64,000 bases of DNA. It comes from Callorhinchus milii (taxonomy: Eukaryota). The stretch covers positions 87,794,001 to 87,858,000 of the forward strand of contig NW_024704743.1 of NCBI RefSeq assembly GCF_018977255.1. Direction: 5' to 3'. The position numbers were made by a program, and so were the translations under genes. Positions 1-12,404 of this stretch are shown here, in pieces. Position 1 is the first letter of the stretch. Each line of letters begins with the position of its first letter. Under the pieces are notes generated by a model, which saw nothing but the letters and a program-made list of their open reading frames with translations, did not search any database and was not told where the DNA came from.

Positions 1-381
1 AGGCTCTTGAAATTCAGTTTGCACAAGTCTTAAGTTGTGCACGACCAAGAAACATGATTACAGTGAACATTGCGTTTGTTTAAAGATTTGTATCAAAATC
101 TCAGTTAGTATATTGCATTAAAACTAAGGTCATGTTACTGATGCCAATCCTGTAGCGTATGTTAGAATATACCAATTTTTGGACGCAGACACTCAGGACA
201 AAACATAACACTGCTACTTTGAAACTCTCATTCTAAGAGACTATAATTTAACCACTACAGTTTCTAACCAGCGGAATAGTCACATTGAATAAATGTTCCA
301 CTCGAAAGTGAGAAGGTTCCCAGTGCCTTGCCAACAGAAAAAGAGTCTTACAAAACAAATTGTTTTCTGTAAGCAAAGTCA

Positions 382-465
382 TGTATGCTACGCTGGCTTG
401 TGAGACATTGGTTTTGACCCAAGATCACCTCAGAGCCAAAGTCTCATGAATCAGCATGATGTACA
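382..465 (+). ncRNA. Candidate pri-miRNA-like hairpin, or a decayed palindromic element
   Basis: 392-417 pairs with 430-455 without bulges (19 Watson-Crick, 5 G-U, 2 mismatches) around a 12-nt loop. A lower stem 382-391/456-465 extends it to ~36 bp. I recognise no known miRNA family. Confidence 0.35.
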
Positions 466-698
466 GAGGATTTTCTGCACAAAACATTGTTTACATTGTA
501 AGTATATGTTTCAACAGTGAGAGGCAACACTGTTGGGGTGGTGGAGAGCGTGGTAGAGACAATTGACACTGACGAGTTTCGGTACTATAGATTCTCTGTA
601 ATTCTATATAGAATAATCTCGTTGAATAATAAAATTTAATGTCACCAATGGAATAACTAATGGCAGACTCAAGTATTATAAACAGAAGTGCATTACAT

Positions 699-763
699 CT
701 ACCCTGACTTCCCACTGTAGCTTAAACTGTTCTTGCGGTTTAGCTGCATCTGCCTGCCTGGAA
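699..763 (-). CDS. Candidate exon (possibly terminal coding exon) of an unidentified host gene
   Basis: Minus-strand acceptor ttattttttcag at 764-775, preceded by a ~140-nt U-rich tract. In phase 1 it reads (I)PGRQMQLNRKNSLSYSGKSG*. No homology recognised. Confidence 0.3.
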
Positions 764-1792
764 CTGAAAAAATAAACCATGAAAGACAAAAACAAAAAAA
801 ATAAAAGAAATAAAAGAGTGAAACAAGACAGATTAAATACACCGAAAGAAAGAAAACTGAATGGGTGAAATAAAAGAAGCAAAAAAAAAGAACAAAAGAA
901 AAAAAGTATAGTACGCTATAACAATAATAATTCATTGATGATTGAATGTCCTTTTTAGCTTAAAATTATAAAAAACATTTCCATCGCATGACGTCCATGG
1001 TTTAATCTAAGTTTCTGCTGATGAATATTAAATAAATTGAGTATTGTGTGGAATTTGCATTCACTGAACCCTGGCTGTGGCAGAATAGTATAGAGAGATA
1101 GCACTCCCTCTACCAACAGAACAATTAAACTGTCATTAGCTTTGTGTGTTGATGCAGAAATACCACTGTAGTCTTCAAAGGGTAAGTGACAGAGAAGAAT
1201 TACTTCTGAATCACTGGTCCATATACCCACAAAAATTGCTATGGAGTAGCAACTTTGAAGGCAGATCCTGCAGATTTAAGTGAATACTGTATTGGACCAA
1301 GAAAAAATGCAGCAGTGGAAAGTAAACTGAGCAAACACACCCAAGAGGATGCTCATTTTTTTTCCATCGATTCTCAAACTGTTGTCCCAGATAACAGCTG
1401 AGGACATGGAAATGCTGGATTAAAGGCAGAAATTTGTTTTGCAAAATTTGAAACAAAATAGTGTTAGTGCATTTTACAAACACAAAGACAGTGTGGAAAT
1501 ATAATCATAGATCCTGACACTGTGTTGAAATTGTCAATATTTAAATCTAACGCTGAAGACAATTTCAACATAGGAATTCAGGGAATACAAAGCTCCCTTG
1601 AGGTGTGATTTGTGTTATTGAGTCTGTCTTCCTATGGAGGGCTGTTATGGAATTGGGGTCAGAGTGTACGTGGGGGAGGGTCTGATTCCCACAGCAGCTG
1701 CATTTCTACATATTGGCCCAGGTGCAGTTATATTATTGAAGTGTTGGAATTATTCAGTAGTTAAGTGAGGTAGAGAAAGAAAAAAAATGCTT

Positions 1793-1916
1793 GTGTGTGA
1801 TAGAAACAGACAGTGAGTAAATATGTGGTGTGTGCACTTGTGTGTGTTTGGGTGGGGGGGGTGGGGTGGTGATAGCAACAGATAATGGGTGTGTGTGTGA
1901 GAGAGAGAGAGAGAGA
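1793..1916. repeat. (GT)n/(GA)n low-complexity microsatellite region
   Basis: Runs of tgtgtg, ggggggggtgggg and gagagagaga. Confidence 0.8.
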
Positions 1917-2077
1917 ATAAATAAGTGATTCTGTGCGAGCAAGAAAAGAGTGAGTGAATCTTAGATGCAGGGCCCATCCTTCAGCATCGCTGGCCATTTT
2001 TTCGTTACATCTTTAAATCCTGAAACTGAAAATCCTGAAAGCTGCAAGAGCTGAAAGAGGGGGGAGCATGATTGTAC

Positions 2078-2345
2078 TCTGTACTCACATCTCACTAGTT
2101 CTGGCCGGGCTCCACTGGTTCCCCATCATTGAACGGATCAACTTCAAGATCCTCACACTCGTGTTCAAATCCCGTCACTCTCTGGCACCTCCCTACCTCT
2201 CCGACTTCCTCACTCCACAATCCACCACCCAGCACCTCCGCTTTACTGGGACCGGCCTCCTGCTCGCCCCTGGCAGCCTCCTCGCCACCATCGGAGGTTG
2301 CGCTTTCAGCCACTGCGCCCCGAAACTTTGGAATACTCCCTCGTC
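2078..2345 (+). mobile_element. L2 LINE ORF2 C-terminal fragment
   Basis: Encodes LAGLHWFPIIERINFKILTLVFKS..LAPPYLSD..AFSHCAPKLWN, the typical L2 ORF2 C-terminus. Related copies at 51145-51540 and 58570-59045. Confidence 0.85.
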
Positions 2346-2354
2346 CCTGTTGAA

Positions 2355-2483
2355 ACTGATATTTTCCCACTTTGCTCCCAAACTTACAGTCAATTCACTT
2401 TACAGTATATTTTGTGAAACGCTTTGAGATGATTTGAAGACATAATAAGGCCCGATATCAAATGCAAGGTTTATTATTATTAT
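2355..2483 (+). mobile_element. SINE 3' portion with (ATT)n tail
   Basis: acagtcaattcactttacagtatattttgtgaaacgctttgag...aaatgcaagg(att)n matches the SINE consensus seen elsewhere in the window. Confidence 0.8.
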
Positions 2484-3249
2484 TGTGATGGCTGACAGAC
2501 TACCGAAGGGAAATGCTTTATTTCTTTTCAACACTATCCTTTGATACAATCAAGAGGATAGGAAACTCACTATAAAAATCTACAACACAGTTGGAGGCCA
2601 TTTGACTCATTGTGTTGGTGAGACTAACCCCATTCCTGTCTTAATTTTTTTCAAGGATGTACTCTTCAATGTGTAAGTGTTTAAAAAATATATTTTGGCC
2701 TATCAGGCCTTACATTATTAAATCCCTATGAGTAACACTCACATTCCCACACAATGTAGTACAGTGACCATAACGATCCTGTTAATAATTCTTTGCGAGC
2801 AATTGTGAACATCAGAGATGCCAGGAACAGTCCCTGAAGAACCCTAATGTGAGAAATGACCTTTTATTTCCACCCTTCACTTTCTATTGTGCAACTAATG
2901 TTTCTCTCTAATTTGCAATTTAATCTCAAATATAAATCTTTTCTATAAAATGGTTCTGTGTTACGCACAATTTAAAAACCCAAGTAAATAATGTTAATTG
3001 CATTGTCCTTAGCTGCTAATGTAGAGACATCTTGAAAGTAATCTTATAAATTATTAAGATGTGACTCGCATTTCCTCCTTATTTATTCCAATTTATGCTC
3101 CTCCTATTTATTCCTTTGCATCTTTTGATATTCTCAAATGCATTTTGCCTGCATCTATCTTTTTCCCCAGTGTGTGAATGCCATAGTCTCCTACCAGAAG
3201 TGTCCCAGCTTCTCTACTTTCATTGCTTACTCTGTTGTTGCCCTAGATT

Positions 3250-3600
3250 TAATAATAAATAATAAATAATCCTTGCATATGATATAGTGTTTTTAAAATT
3301 GAATCATCTCAAAGTGCTTCACAACATTTCTCTAAAGTATAGTAGCTATATATTTGAAGGCAAATAAGGCAACCAATTTGAACACAGCACTGTCCCACAA
3401 ACAAGACACCAGGAGAAACTCCCCCTTCTTTTTGAATAGTGCCATGGGATATTTAACAGCCACCTGAACAGATAAAGAGGAATTTGGTTTAATGTATCAT
3501 CCCATGGATAGCACCTCTGACAATGAGGCACATGCCCAGCACTGCACTGGACCAGTGATGGTCTACCCATGACCGTGAGCTGGAAGTGGCATGTGGGGTC
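3250..3600 (-). mobile_element. Old Deu-domain SINE (SacSINE1/AmnSINE1-like body)
   Basis: Reverse of gatcccatggcactatt...ggagtttctcctggtgtc and of the L2-type tail. Confidence 0.7.
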
Positions 3601-4251
3601 CTCAAGAAGCAGCCCCCTGAACATTTGCACCAGTCTAGGTGTGCCCATGTTCGATTGGTAATGTGTTTCCAGAATTTTCTTGATTGAATATTTCTTGAAT
3701 TATGGTATAAATATATTTGATTTGCCATATATGACTTTAGGTGTTATCATTACTTATTCAAAACATACCTTTTTGACAGCAGTTTCGATCATCGTTCCCC
3801 TCCCCTCTACCCTCTGCTCCCACCCCCTGCTCAGGCGCTAAGCAAGAATTGGGATATCCTCCCGACCTGAAAGGCATTATTTAAATGTAAATATTTATTG
3901 CAATTTGTGGTTTAGGTTGCAATATTAATAAAATGAACTGTCAAATATNAAAAAAGGCTGGAGAACAAAATGTCCAATGGTGTTTTCCTATACTACCTGT
4001 TGTTACACTTTGCCAACTTTCAGAAATTGCCATTTGCTGTTTTACACAATATCACAAACCACATGAAATCTCCTCCCTTCCCACCTTCAAAACCCACCTG
4101 ATGGTTTGAATTGTCGACCAGACTCTCCACGTGCTCCAGCTCCCCTTTTATCTAAAAAAAACTTGCATTTATATAACACCCTTCATGTGGGGTAGACTCA
4201 GGCATCCAGTCAGCTGTGTGAAGTGCTTTAAGTCAGCACTAAGTGCTTCAA

Positions 4252-4894
4252 GGAGTCCTGTAGCTCAGTGGTTAGACCACTCGCTTTAATAATAATAATA
4301 ATAATCCTTGCATTTGATATAGCGCTTTTCACGTCGGGAGGACGTCCCAAAGCACTTCACAGAACACACTGTAAAGTGAATTGACTGTATATTTGTGGGC
4401 GAACGCGGCAGCCAATTGCGCACAGCAATGTCCCACAAACAGTCTTAGATTGAAAATGACCAATTTATTATTGTTTTTGGTTTTTGGAGGGATTATTATT
4501 AGGCGTGTGGAGTAAGGAAACTTGCCCAAGGTTTCGCCCTGCCTGGAATTGAACTCAGGTATCTCACTTGCAAAGCGAGTGCTCTAACCACTGAGCTACA
4601 GGACTCCACTCCTTTGCAAGCGAGAGACCCAAGTTCAATTCCAGGCAGGGCGAAACCTTGGGCAAGTTTCCTTACTCCACACGCCTAATAATAATCCCTC
4701 CAAAACCAAAAACAATAATAAATTGGTCATTTTTAATCTACGACTGTTTGTGGGACATTGCTGTGTGCAATTGGCTGCCGCGTTCGCCCACAAATGTACA
4801 GTCAATTCACTTTACAGTGTGTTCTGTGAAGCGCTTTGGGACGTCCTCCCGACATGAAAAGCGCTATATCAAATGCAAGGATTATTATTATTAT
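4252..4894 (+). mobile_element. Young tRNA-derived SINE, split at its anticodon arm by an antisense SINE
   Basis: Head ggagtcctgtagctcagtggttag..cactcgcttt at 4252-4287 resumes at 4608 (actcctttgcaagcgagagac...) and runs to an (att)n tail. Confidence 0.92.
4288..4607 (-). mobile_element. Full-length young tRNA(Ala-UGC-like) SINE nested in a copy of the same family
   Basis: Complete reverse-complement copy with A box, B box and (att)n tail, flanked by the imperfect duplication actcgcttt/actccttt. Confidence 0.93.
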
Positions 4895-5225
4895 AAGTCA
4901 TCCTCCCAAGGTGAAAGGTGAAATACAGTGCAAATTGTTGTTGCTGTAAATGGCTTTCAATATTTGAAACCAAAGTCACAATTATCGCAAATTAGACCCT
5001 GACGTAACTTATTTGAATTGCAGTGAGTTATTCTAAACACATTTAAATGAGTTTGCAATCTTCCATCAATCTCGCTGATCATAAATGTCACTCCTAACAT
5101 TCCCCAATGTTGATGGCTCTGCACACACACAGATTGCAGAGTGTTGCTTCTCTTGTACTGTAACACCATATTTTAAAATCTTGATTGAGGCTGGACAAAT
5201 GTTCTATATCTAATTTCACACTTAC

Positions 5226-5398
5226 TTAACAGACACCAAACGTCCAACAAAACAGATTTCAATGAATCCATCTCAGGAGACAATTGACTGTATGTTCCTT
5301 GCTTGTGATTTTCTGACTGACAAATTTTCTCAGCGGCATATTTATCCCACCAGTTACACTTTTTAATGACTTTGTGAGGGAGCCATCGGAAATCTAAC
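5226..5398 (-). CDS. Candidate internal coding exon of an unidentified host gene
   Basis: Open in one frame only (LDFRWLPHKVIKKCNWWDKY...SLKSVLLDVWCLL). Strong donor A|gtaagt at 5225, weak acceptor aaaaag. Its end phase matches the candidate exon at 699-763. Confidence 0.3.
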
Positions 5399-6682
5399 CT
5401 TTTTTTAAAAATGTATTCCAACCACAAGTTGCACTTATAAAATTCCTTTCAAGTAGGTTAATGGTTTTAAAATATTTCCCCCAAACAGTGAGGAGATTTA
5501 AGCAAGGAATGGGAGGGTGGGGGCATTGTGGGGGAGAAGATTTTAAGGGTGTTCGTTAAAAGCATAGTCAAAAAGGTTTTGTTTTTCTAAGAATTAGTGT
5601 TAGTTTATGTGAAACTCCTAAACATGTTCACCAATAAATTGTATTTCAGGATGAAATAGTAACCTTTTAAAGAGAAGAAGGGCTGATTCGTAGGTTTTAA
5701 TTTAGCTGCAATGAAAGGAGGAAAATAAAGTAACATTGTTTTGTTGCCTGTTCCAGCTGGAAAAGTTCATCCCACATCTGGTTTTGATTTCATATCTAAT
5801 TCACAGCCTGGAACAGTTATGTGTACATCTGCATTCTTGGATTTACTTATTTAACACACATTTTCTCATAAAACAAAAAATGCTACTTCGCACAGAAAGG
5901 ATTTTCACCTGATTATGTTTCTTATGAAGACCTTAAGTATCGACCCATAACCCATATTGCATGATGTCTGTGCATTCAGGCCTACTATTCGCCATATGTT
6001 CTGGTCTGTTTATTCGCTGTGTAACACAGAATGGTCTACAAAGCAGCCAGACTGGGCCAAGTAAACTAGGTCAGCCGCAAATATATTTCAGCTTGTTTCT
6101 CTTCAGAAATTTGATTTACTGCTGTTGATATCATGTACTTTCATGTTGGCATTCAATTGACACACACCATATATAAAAGAAAAGATTATATCTAAATATT
6201 CAAACAGACTCATTTTCAACTGAATTCACAGTAACAAGAGTTTCATCAACACCACTCTCAAAATGCGTACATAGAAATCCCAATTTGGTCTAGATTTATG
6301 CGATTTACTTGGTATTTCAGAGTGTCCAGAATTTGGCAAATTCTTAAATAGAGTCTTAATTTTGAAGCTGGCTTTCCACAAGTTCTTTTAAAAGCTACAG
6401 AAAACCGTTTTCAAATTTAAGAGTAAATTCAACAATCTGCCAAATTGTGTACTCTCTGAAATACTACATCAATAGAGTAAATATAGACCCAGGCATGCTT
6501 TCCCTCAGATGTTGTCCAATGATACAATTGGGTCAAAACTATGCAATATTTCTTAAGCAAGAAAGCCTGAGTAGAGAATCCTTGCTTCATCGTATAAGTC
6601 ACACAAACTCAAGCAAACCCAGCTCTGAAATAGATCCAGTTATAACAATGCCAGCAGCTTACATTGATATGGCGCCCCTCAC

Positions 6683-6810
6683 ATAGGGCAGCATCTTGAG
6701 TGCGGGTCAAAGGATGGATGTGGGGTAGAAAGGACAGTTGAGGGTCAAACAAGATGCCAACATTCTGGACTGGCTCAATGAGGTGGAGTGTGCATCCATG
6801 GATGATTTTG
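6683..6810 (-). mobile_element. L2 RT-region fragment
   Basis: Encodes VQNVGILFDPQLSFLPHI, similar to the L2 segment at ~33880-33930. Confidence 0.65.
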
Positions 6811-7639
6811 AGATGTTCCAATGACGTGATATAGAATTTATCAAATGAAAAGTTTATATTTATTAGTATATTTGGTTTTTTTTTATATAAATTGCTTTGG
6901 AATAGAATCCAAAGTGCAGGTGCTTTATATACTGCTTTTTATAATATCCATATTCCTCTGCTCAAAGATTGCCAAATGGCACTGATGAAATCAATACTCG
7001 TATTAACACTATTCAAATTCTTGAACCACACAATAAGATCATTCAGTAAAATAAGTTGTTTTTGGTTACACATTTGTCCTTTTGGCTGGCTCCCAAACAC
7101 TGCTAACTGTATATTTCCAGTAATTTTAGCTGTGGCCATCTGCTAATTCAATATTTGTCTGATTGATATATCATATAATATACATTATATAGCCCCTTAG
7201 GCTAAGGAAGCAAAACTAGTACGGAGGACTTTCAACATTGTTAGCACATCACCACTACAATCTGAAAAATACACTATGCAAGTTTCAGAAGTCATACCCT
7301 ATATTGTACATCTGTATATGCACATATGTATACTATGGAATGAAAAATATCATGTTGCTTAACAGATTTGATATATTGTTGAAAGTGTCACCAAACCATC
7401 GTATTTTCCAATCTTTGCTAAAGTCTGTGAAACCTTTCCCTACCCTTGACTTTTACCCATTGGTTGGGCTGGACATTTAGTCCCAGCATTTCAATGCTGC
7501 CAATTGTTGTTAATAATAGCTGTGCTCAGCATTTTGTGTTGCTCTAGGGGATGCAGCTTTAACTCAGATTGCAGGATTCGCATGCAGGTCCTGAAACACT
7601 GGCTCCAGAGGTTTAAAACAGCTGTTCAATAATCTGGGG

Positions 7640-8185
7640 AGTAGTTGGCCAGGATGACCTTATTTTTCAAATGGTGTCATGCGATCTTGAACCTCTACCT
7701 TCAAAAAGACAGCAGGTCTGGGTTTAACGACTTATCCAAAAGATGCGATCATCACCATTCAAGATGATGTAGTGCTCTCCCAAAACTGCATTGTCAACTT
7801 AGACCATGGGCTCATGTTCCAATGTAGGGCTTCAACTTACAATTGTAGAGTCTAGTTTTGTAGATAAACGAAGCAGCCAATTTTGGCCTGACCATGAACA
7901 GCCATGAAGTGAGGATCACTTTCATCTAGTGGATTGTTGCGTAGGTCACTGGGAGAAATTCCTCTTTTGAAATAATACAATAGGATCCTTAAAGTCCACC
8001 CGAACAAACATTTTGGACCTGAGTTTAAATGGCTCATTCAAACGCCAACGTCTCTAATAATACCATACACCTCCAACAAAGCATTGGAATATCAGTCTAG
8101 ATTATGTGAGTTCGAGTCCCGACATAGGGCTTAAACCCACAATCATCTGACAGGCGAGAGTGCAAAAACTGAGCCAGGCTGACAG
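7640..8185 (-). mobile_element. Two old Deu-SINE 5' remnants
   Basis: Reverse of the tRNA head and ggtggactttaaggatcc-type Deu segments at ~7640-7850 and ~7950-8185. Confidence 0.55.
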
Positions 8186-8976
8186 CTTTTGGATCCCAAA
8201 GATTTATTAAACTTTTGCTGATATATGTTGATACCAATTTGAAATAAGTGTTCAATAATCCAGCCACATATGTGAGGCAGCCAGAAGTTAAGAATAGCCC
8301 ATTTCTTGCAGCTCCCTGTGACTTGGAGGGAAATTACAGAGTCATTGCTTTGACAATGAAGGCCTGGCAGGCAGCCCACCTGAAGGAAGGCTAAGGAGCC
8401 CATCACGTCTATGTGGCTCCAGAAGAATTTGATTGATAGGCCACAGAGCAACCCTTCAGGTGCAACGCAGCTTGTCTCTCTTTTCCAAGCAGCACAGGTA
8501 GTAAAAGAATGTGTAACTGGTAACAGATGTAATGACGAAATGCTGCGAAGAGCATTCCAGCTACTGAAACTGTTACCATATGTGCAATATGGTCTTTAGG
8601 TTCAATTTTGCGCCCTTACTTGAATCTGAAGTTAATAGAGGAAATGTGCAATCATTAGAGGGAAAGTAACATATTGATAAAAGCTGTTTAAAATGTATGT
8701 TTGTGTTGCTGTGGGAAGGAGTAACGGAAGTGTTTCATCCAATGGGAATCCAGTTCTTATCAATGCTCATTAACAAAACATAACAAGATTAACAGGATTT
8801 CATTAGGAATGAATTACATACAATTACATAGTGATACAGCACAGAAACAAGCCATTCAGACCAACCAGTCCATCTCAGTGTTTATTATTCAACACAAGCC
8901 TCAACCCTTCCTATTCTCCTCTCCCATGCCCTTGTATTCCCTTCTCCCTCATTATGTATCAGTTTCCTCAAGAACA

Positions 8977-9680
8977 ACAACTTGCATGTATACAGCACCC
9001 TTCACACGGGGCTGTGTCATGGTGAGCTTAATAGTGGTGGCACTAGACGCTGAGCTGGAAAACAATGCCTTTCAAGTAGGGAGGACGTCCCAAGATGCTG
9101 GACAGTTGAGGGATTGCACCCAAGCTGGGGGTTGGACTCAAGAGGGGTGGTGGCCAAGGGATTGGGGTGGAAAGATGATCCAAGGTGCAATCAAAGAGGA
9201 AGGTCTTGAGAGACCTTGAAGGAGGTCAGGAAAGGGGTAAGGCAAATGGACTCTTGGATGGAGTTCCAGAGGCTGGGGCACAAAGGTAGAAGGCCGGGAT
9301 CACCAATGGTAAAGCAGACAGGCGGGGACGTGAATCAAGCCAGTACCTGCAGAGTGGAGGGAGTGGATAGGTTGGTAGGGTTTTAGAAGCACTTGGCTGG
9401 TAATGAACAAATGTGTTTGTGCTGTCCATCCCAGGGCAAGTTAAGACGGATATTTTGAACTCGATCCTCTGGGGGTTGGGGAGCCAGTGTAGCCGTGCGA
9501 GGATGGGGATGATGGGCTCACAGAAAAAGGTGCGGGAGAGAACACCAGCTGTAGAGTTTTGAATGACTGCAGCTTATGGAGGGAAAAGTTGGGAAGTCCA
9601 GTGAGCGCATCAACAGAATCGTATTTGTGACTTTGACCTGGGCAGTCTCCATACTGTGAGTAGCATGGAATCCAGATTGG
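8977..9680 (-). mobile_element. L2 LINE 3' end, degraded
   Basis: (caa)n tail, ggaggacgtcccaag stem-loop, and a minus-strand SLHKLQS..HW-type ORF2 C-terminal remnant. Confidence 0.75.
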
Positions 9681-9729
9681 AGGGCTTAATGCATGGAGTG
9701 CCAGGAGAGGAAAGAGAAAAGATGGGAAG

Positions 9730-9980
9730 CAACATTTCATTCCAGTACCTTGGAGCAATGATGCTTTTTGCTTCAACCACAACTTCCAGTGGTGAGTCCC
9801 ACATTCTCTCCACCCTCTGAGTAAAGTTTGTTCTAAACAACGTTTTAGGTCTGCTAGGGGTTAACTTTTTATTTATGCCCCATTGTTTTGGACTCACCAA
9901 GAACTGGAAGAAACATTAATATTTATTTTATCATGTGCTTTCATAACCTGAAACATCTCTATCGGGTCCCCTCTCCATCA
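9730..9980 (-). mobile_element. CR1 LINE 3' ORF2 remnant
   Basis: Minus ORF 9610-9900 contains FRTNFTQRVERMWDSP, a CR1 C-terminal motif. Confidence 0.65.
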
Positions 9981-10271
9981 GTGGGCAGCTACAAATGTTT
10001 AGTGCTTAATATGTGGATTTGTTTTGGTCGGTCAGTCAGTCAGTCAGTCAGTCACATGCGCAAACCCATCACCATGTTTAAGAATATCCAAACCAAACAG
10101 AGTTCCATGCAAAAAGTAAAAAACTGCAGAATTATTGGAATGGAATACACATTCTCTCCCTGGAGGGATGCATCCTACTTTATCTAATTCTGGAAAGTAT
10201 TAAGCACAAGTTGGCAAGAGCCAAGGTTTGAGGTCCCCAGCGTGTGCGTTGGGGTACTGCTGGAGTCTAAC

Positions 10272-10670
10272 CAGCTAAAACTGCATAGCTTGCTATTGAG
10301 AGCTCTACCTGGCAATCTTTCCCGCTGCTTGTCCAGCTGGAACCATCCAACCCGTTAAGGCTTTATCTTGCAGGGTTAGTGGGAGCTGAATGGGAAGAGT
10401 CCCTGCCCCTCGTGACTGATCTGCCCTTTCAAGTTCTGTTAATGAGCCAGGGTGGCTGTGCTGTTATCAGCAGTGTCCTGGAATACTGTGGACCTGCCTG
10501 ACAATCGAGACTGTCACAGAGGGTTTGCTTGACTCCGACAGCTTGTGCTGCCAAACATGTCACCTTCTACAACAACAAAATTAAATTTATAGAGTGCCTT
10601 TCACGTTAGGAGGACGTCCCAAGGCGCTGTCAGTTCAGTTGTAGTCAGTTCAGCTCCAAGAAGACCCCAG
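10272..10670 (+). repeat. Unclassified interspersed repeat (family D), with a short L2-tail insertion at ~10570-10630
   Basis: Colinear similarity to 55225-55560 (tgcatagcttgc..., ggctgtgctgttatcagcagtgtcctggaatactg..., cagttcagctccaag). Confidence 0.75.
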
Positions 10671-12404
10671 TGACACCCCCCACCCCACCACAAAGAACGA
10701 TAGTCAATATGTAGATTGAAAAAGAGCCGATACATTATTTCGTGTTGCCATTTTAGGGTTGCTATTTTAACCCTTAGGCCTTTCCATTCACCACAATGAC
10801 CACAGTGAAAAAAGATCCCTTTATATTTGTATGCAGATCGACAACTATTTTGCTAACCTGCTGTGTTATATAATTAGTTGCCCAGCCTTCACCTACAAAT
10901 AAACCGTCACTACACTTATTGGTAATTACAGTAACTATCTTATATTGAACAGATTTAGTCCTCCTCAATCATGTTCAACATTTTTTGAACCCACATTGAA
11001 ACACAGTTCTGGTGACGTGGCTACTGTTCCAATTATATAAACTGTAGGAACTATGATCCTTAACAGACACCTCAAAATGCTTTGATTTTTGCTGGCAATG
11101 GCAATATGTTAGCCAAACACCACCTGCCATTCTTGGAACCACCTTCCACTTCACCTATTGTGCATCAATATAATGCATATAATTGCAGGCAGTCTGACAG
11201 AAGCTATGCAGAATAGCATTTAAGCATTCTATTGTTACAGTATGGTAGAGGTGTGCATTATAAATAGTAACATATAACAAGAAGGAAATTGAAGCCAGTA
11301 ATTCAATTGAGGAGGCTGGATGATTTTAATAAAATACTCTTCTCTTAATAACACAATTAGAAAGCTAAAGCTGAAGGAATAGAAAAATAAAGTACTGGCA
11401 TCAGTAAGATTAACATCTCAATTTCTGATACATTGTGCATTTGCTGAAAGTATAAATTATGTGTCTGTTAAGTAAGGCAACAACCTTTACATAGATACAG
11501 ATATGGATCTCTTCAGTCACAGTAGATTGAATAAAGCATTTGAACAGTGCTTCTGAAAAGTTTTAGTGAACAAGCCACTTATTCTGCCTTGGCATTTTGA
11601 CAGCAATGACCTTGTGGACACAAACCAGAGACTCGCGCAATGGGTAAGAAGGAAGAGAACTTGCAGGGTTCTCTGTTGTAGATTGTTGCATTAGACTGGA
11701 GCCCTTAGGTGAAGAGAAAGGACTGGTCATCATCACCCTATCAGCTCTGTGTGACACAGGGAACCACGGGTCTCAGATGAAGTAAATACTCAAGAATGAA
11801 TTGACTGGAGGAGCTTTCAACAGACACTCAGAGCACAGTACATGAGAACAGCCTCAGTGCATTATTTTGTGAAGCAGTCAAATAGCAGACCCTTAGTCAC
11901 AGCTTCCATTCCAGATGCAGTTTCTATTTCAGAAAACAACTTTGATAAAGTACAGAACATGAGCCAGAGTTGGCATTCATTTGGAAAAGATACTGTGTAC
12001 AAATGATAACGTCTAGACAACGTGAAAAGTGCTATATCAAATGCAAGGATGATTATTATTATAAGGATCAAAGAGTGATATCCTTTGTGACGTCCTCTCA
12101 TCCCCCTGACGTGAAAGGCCCTCTAAATGTATTGTAATTGTATATTCTGTGTTCAAACCCATAGAAGATGCACAAGAGAATCAAGCTGAAAATGTAAAGA
12201 ATCTCTGTAAATGTTGCTTTTAAAAAGTTAGGCTGAATAAGGGTGTAAAACTTGTGATATTTCTTAACAGATTTGATAACACATTCTATAATGCATTGAA
12301 TCTCTTAAGAAACATTAAATTTTTCTCCCATCTGGAATTTTAATGTATTATTGTTTCCAAGAACAGAAATTTCCAGTCTTAGATTATTAAATAATAAGAA
12401 ATGA

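Noticed and set aside
3949..3949. Single ambiguous base N
   Set aside because: Assembly ambiguity, not a biological feature.
4329..4921. Repeated ORFs MGKFPYSTRLIII... (also at 18817, 20335 and 40328), suggesting a small gene family
   Set aside because: They are translations of SINE bodies from non-ATG starts, not genes.
8518..8580. Hairpin with an ATGA motif resembling a SECIS element
   Set aside because: It lacks the matching 3' GA of the non-canonical quartet, and no selenoprotein CDS is nearby.
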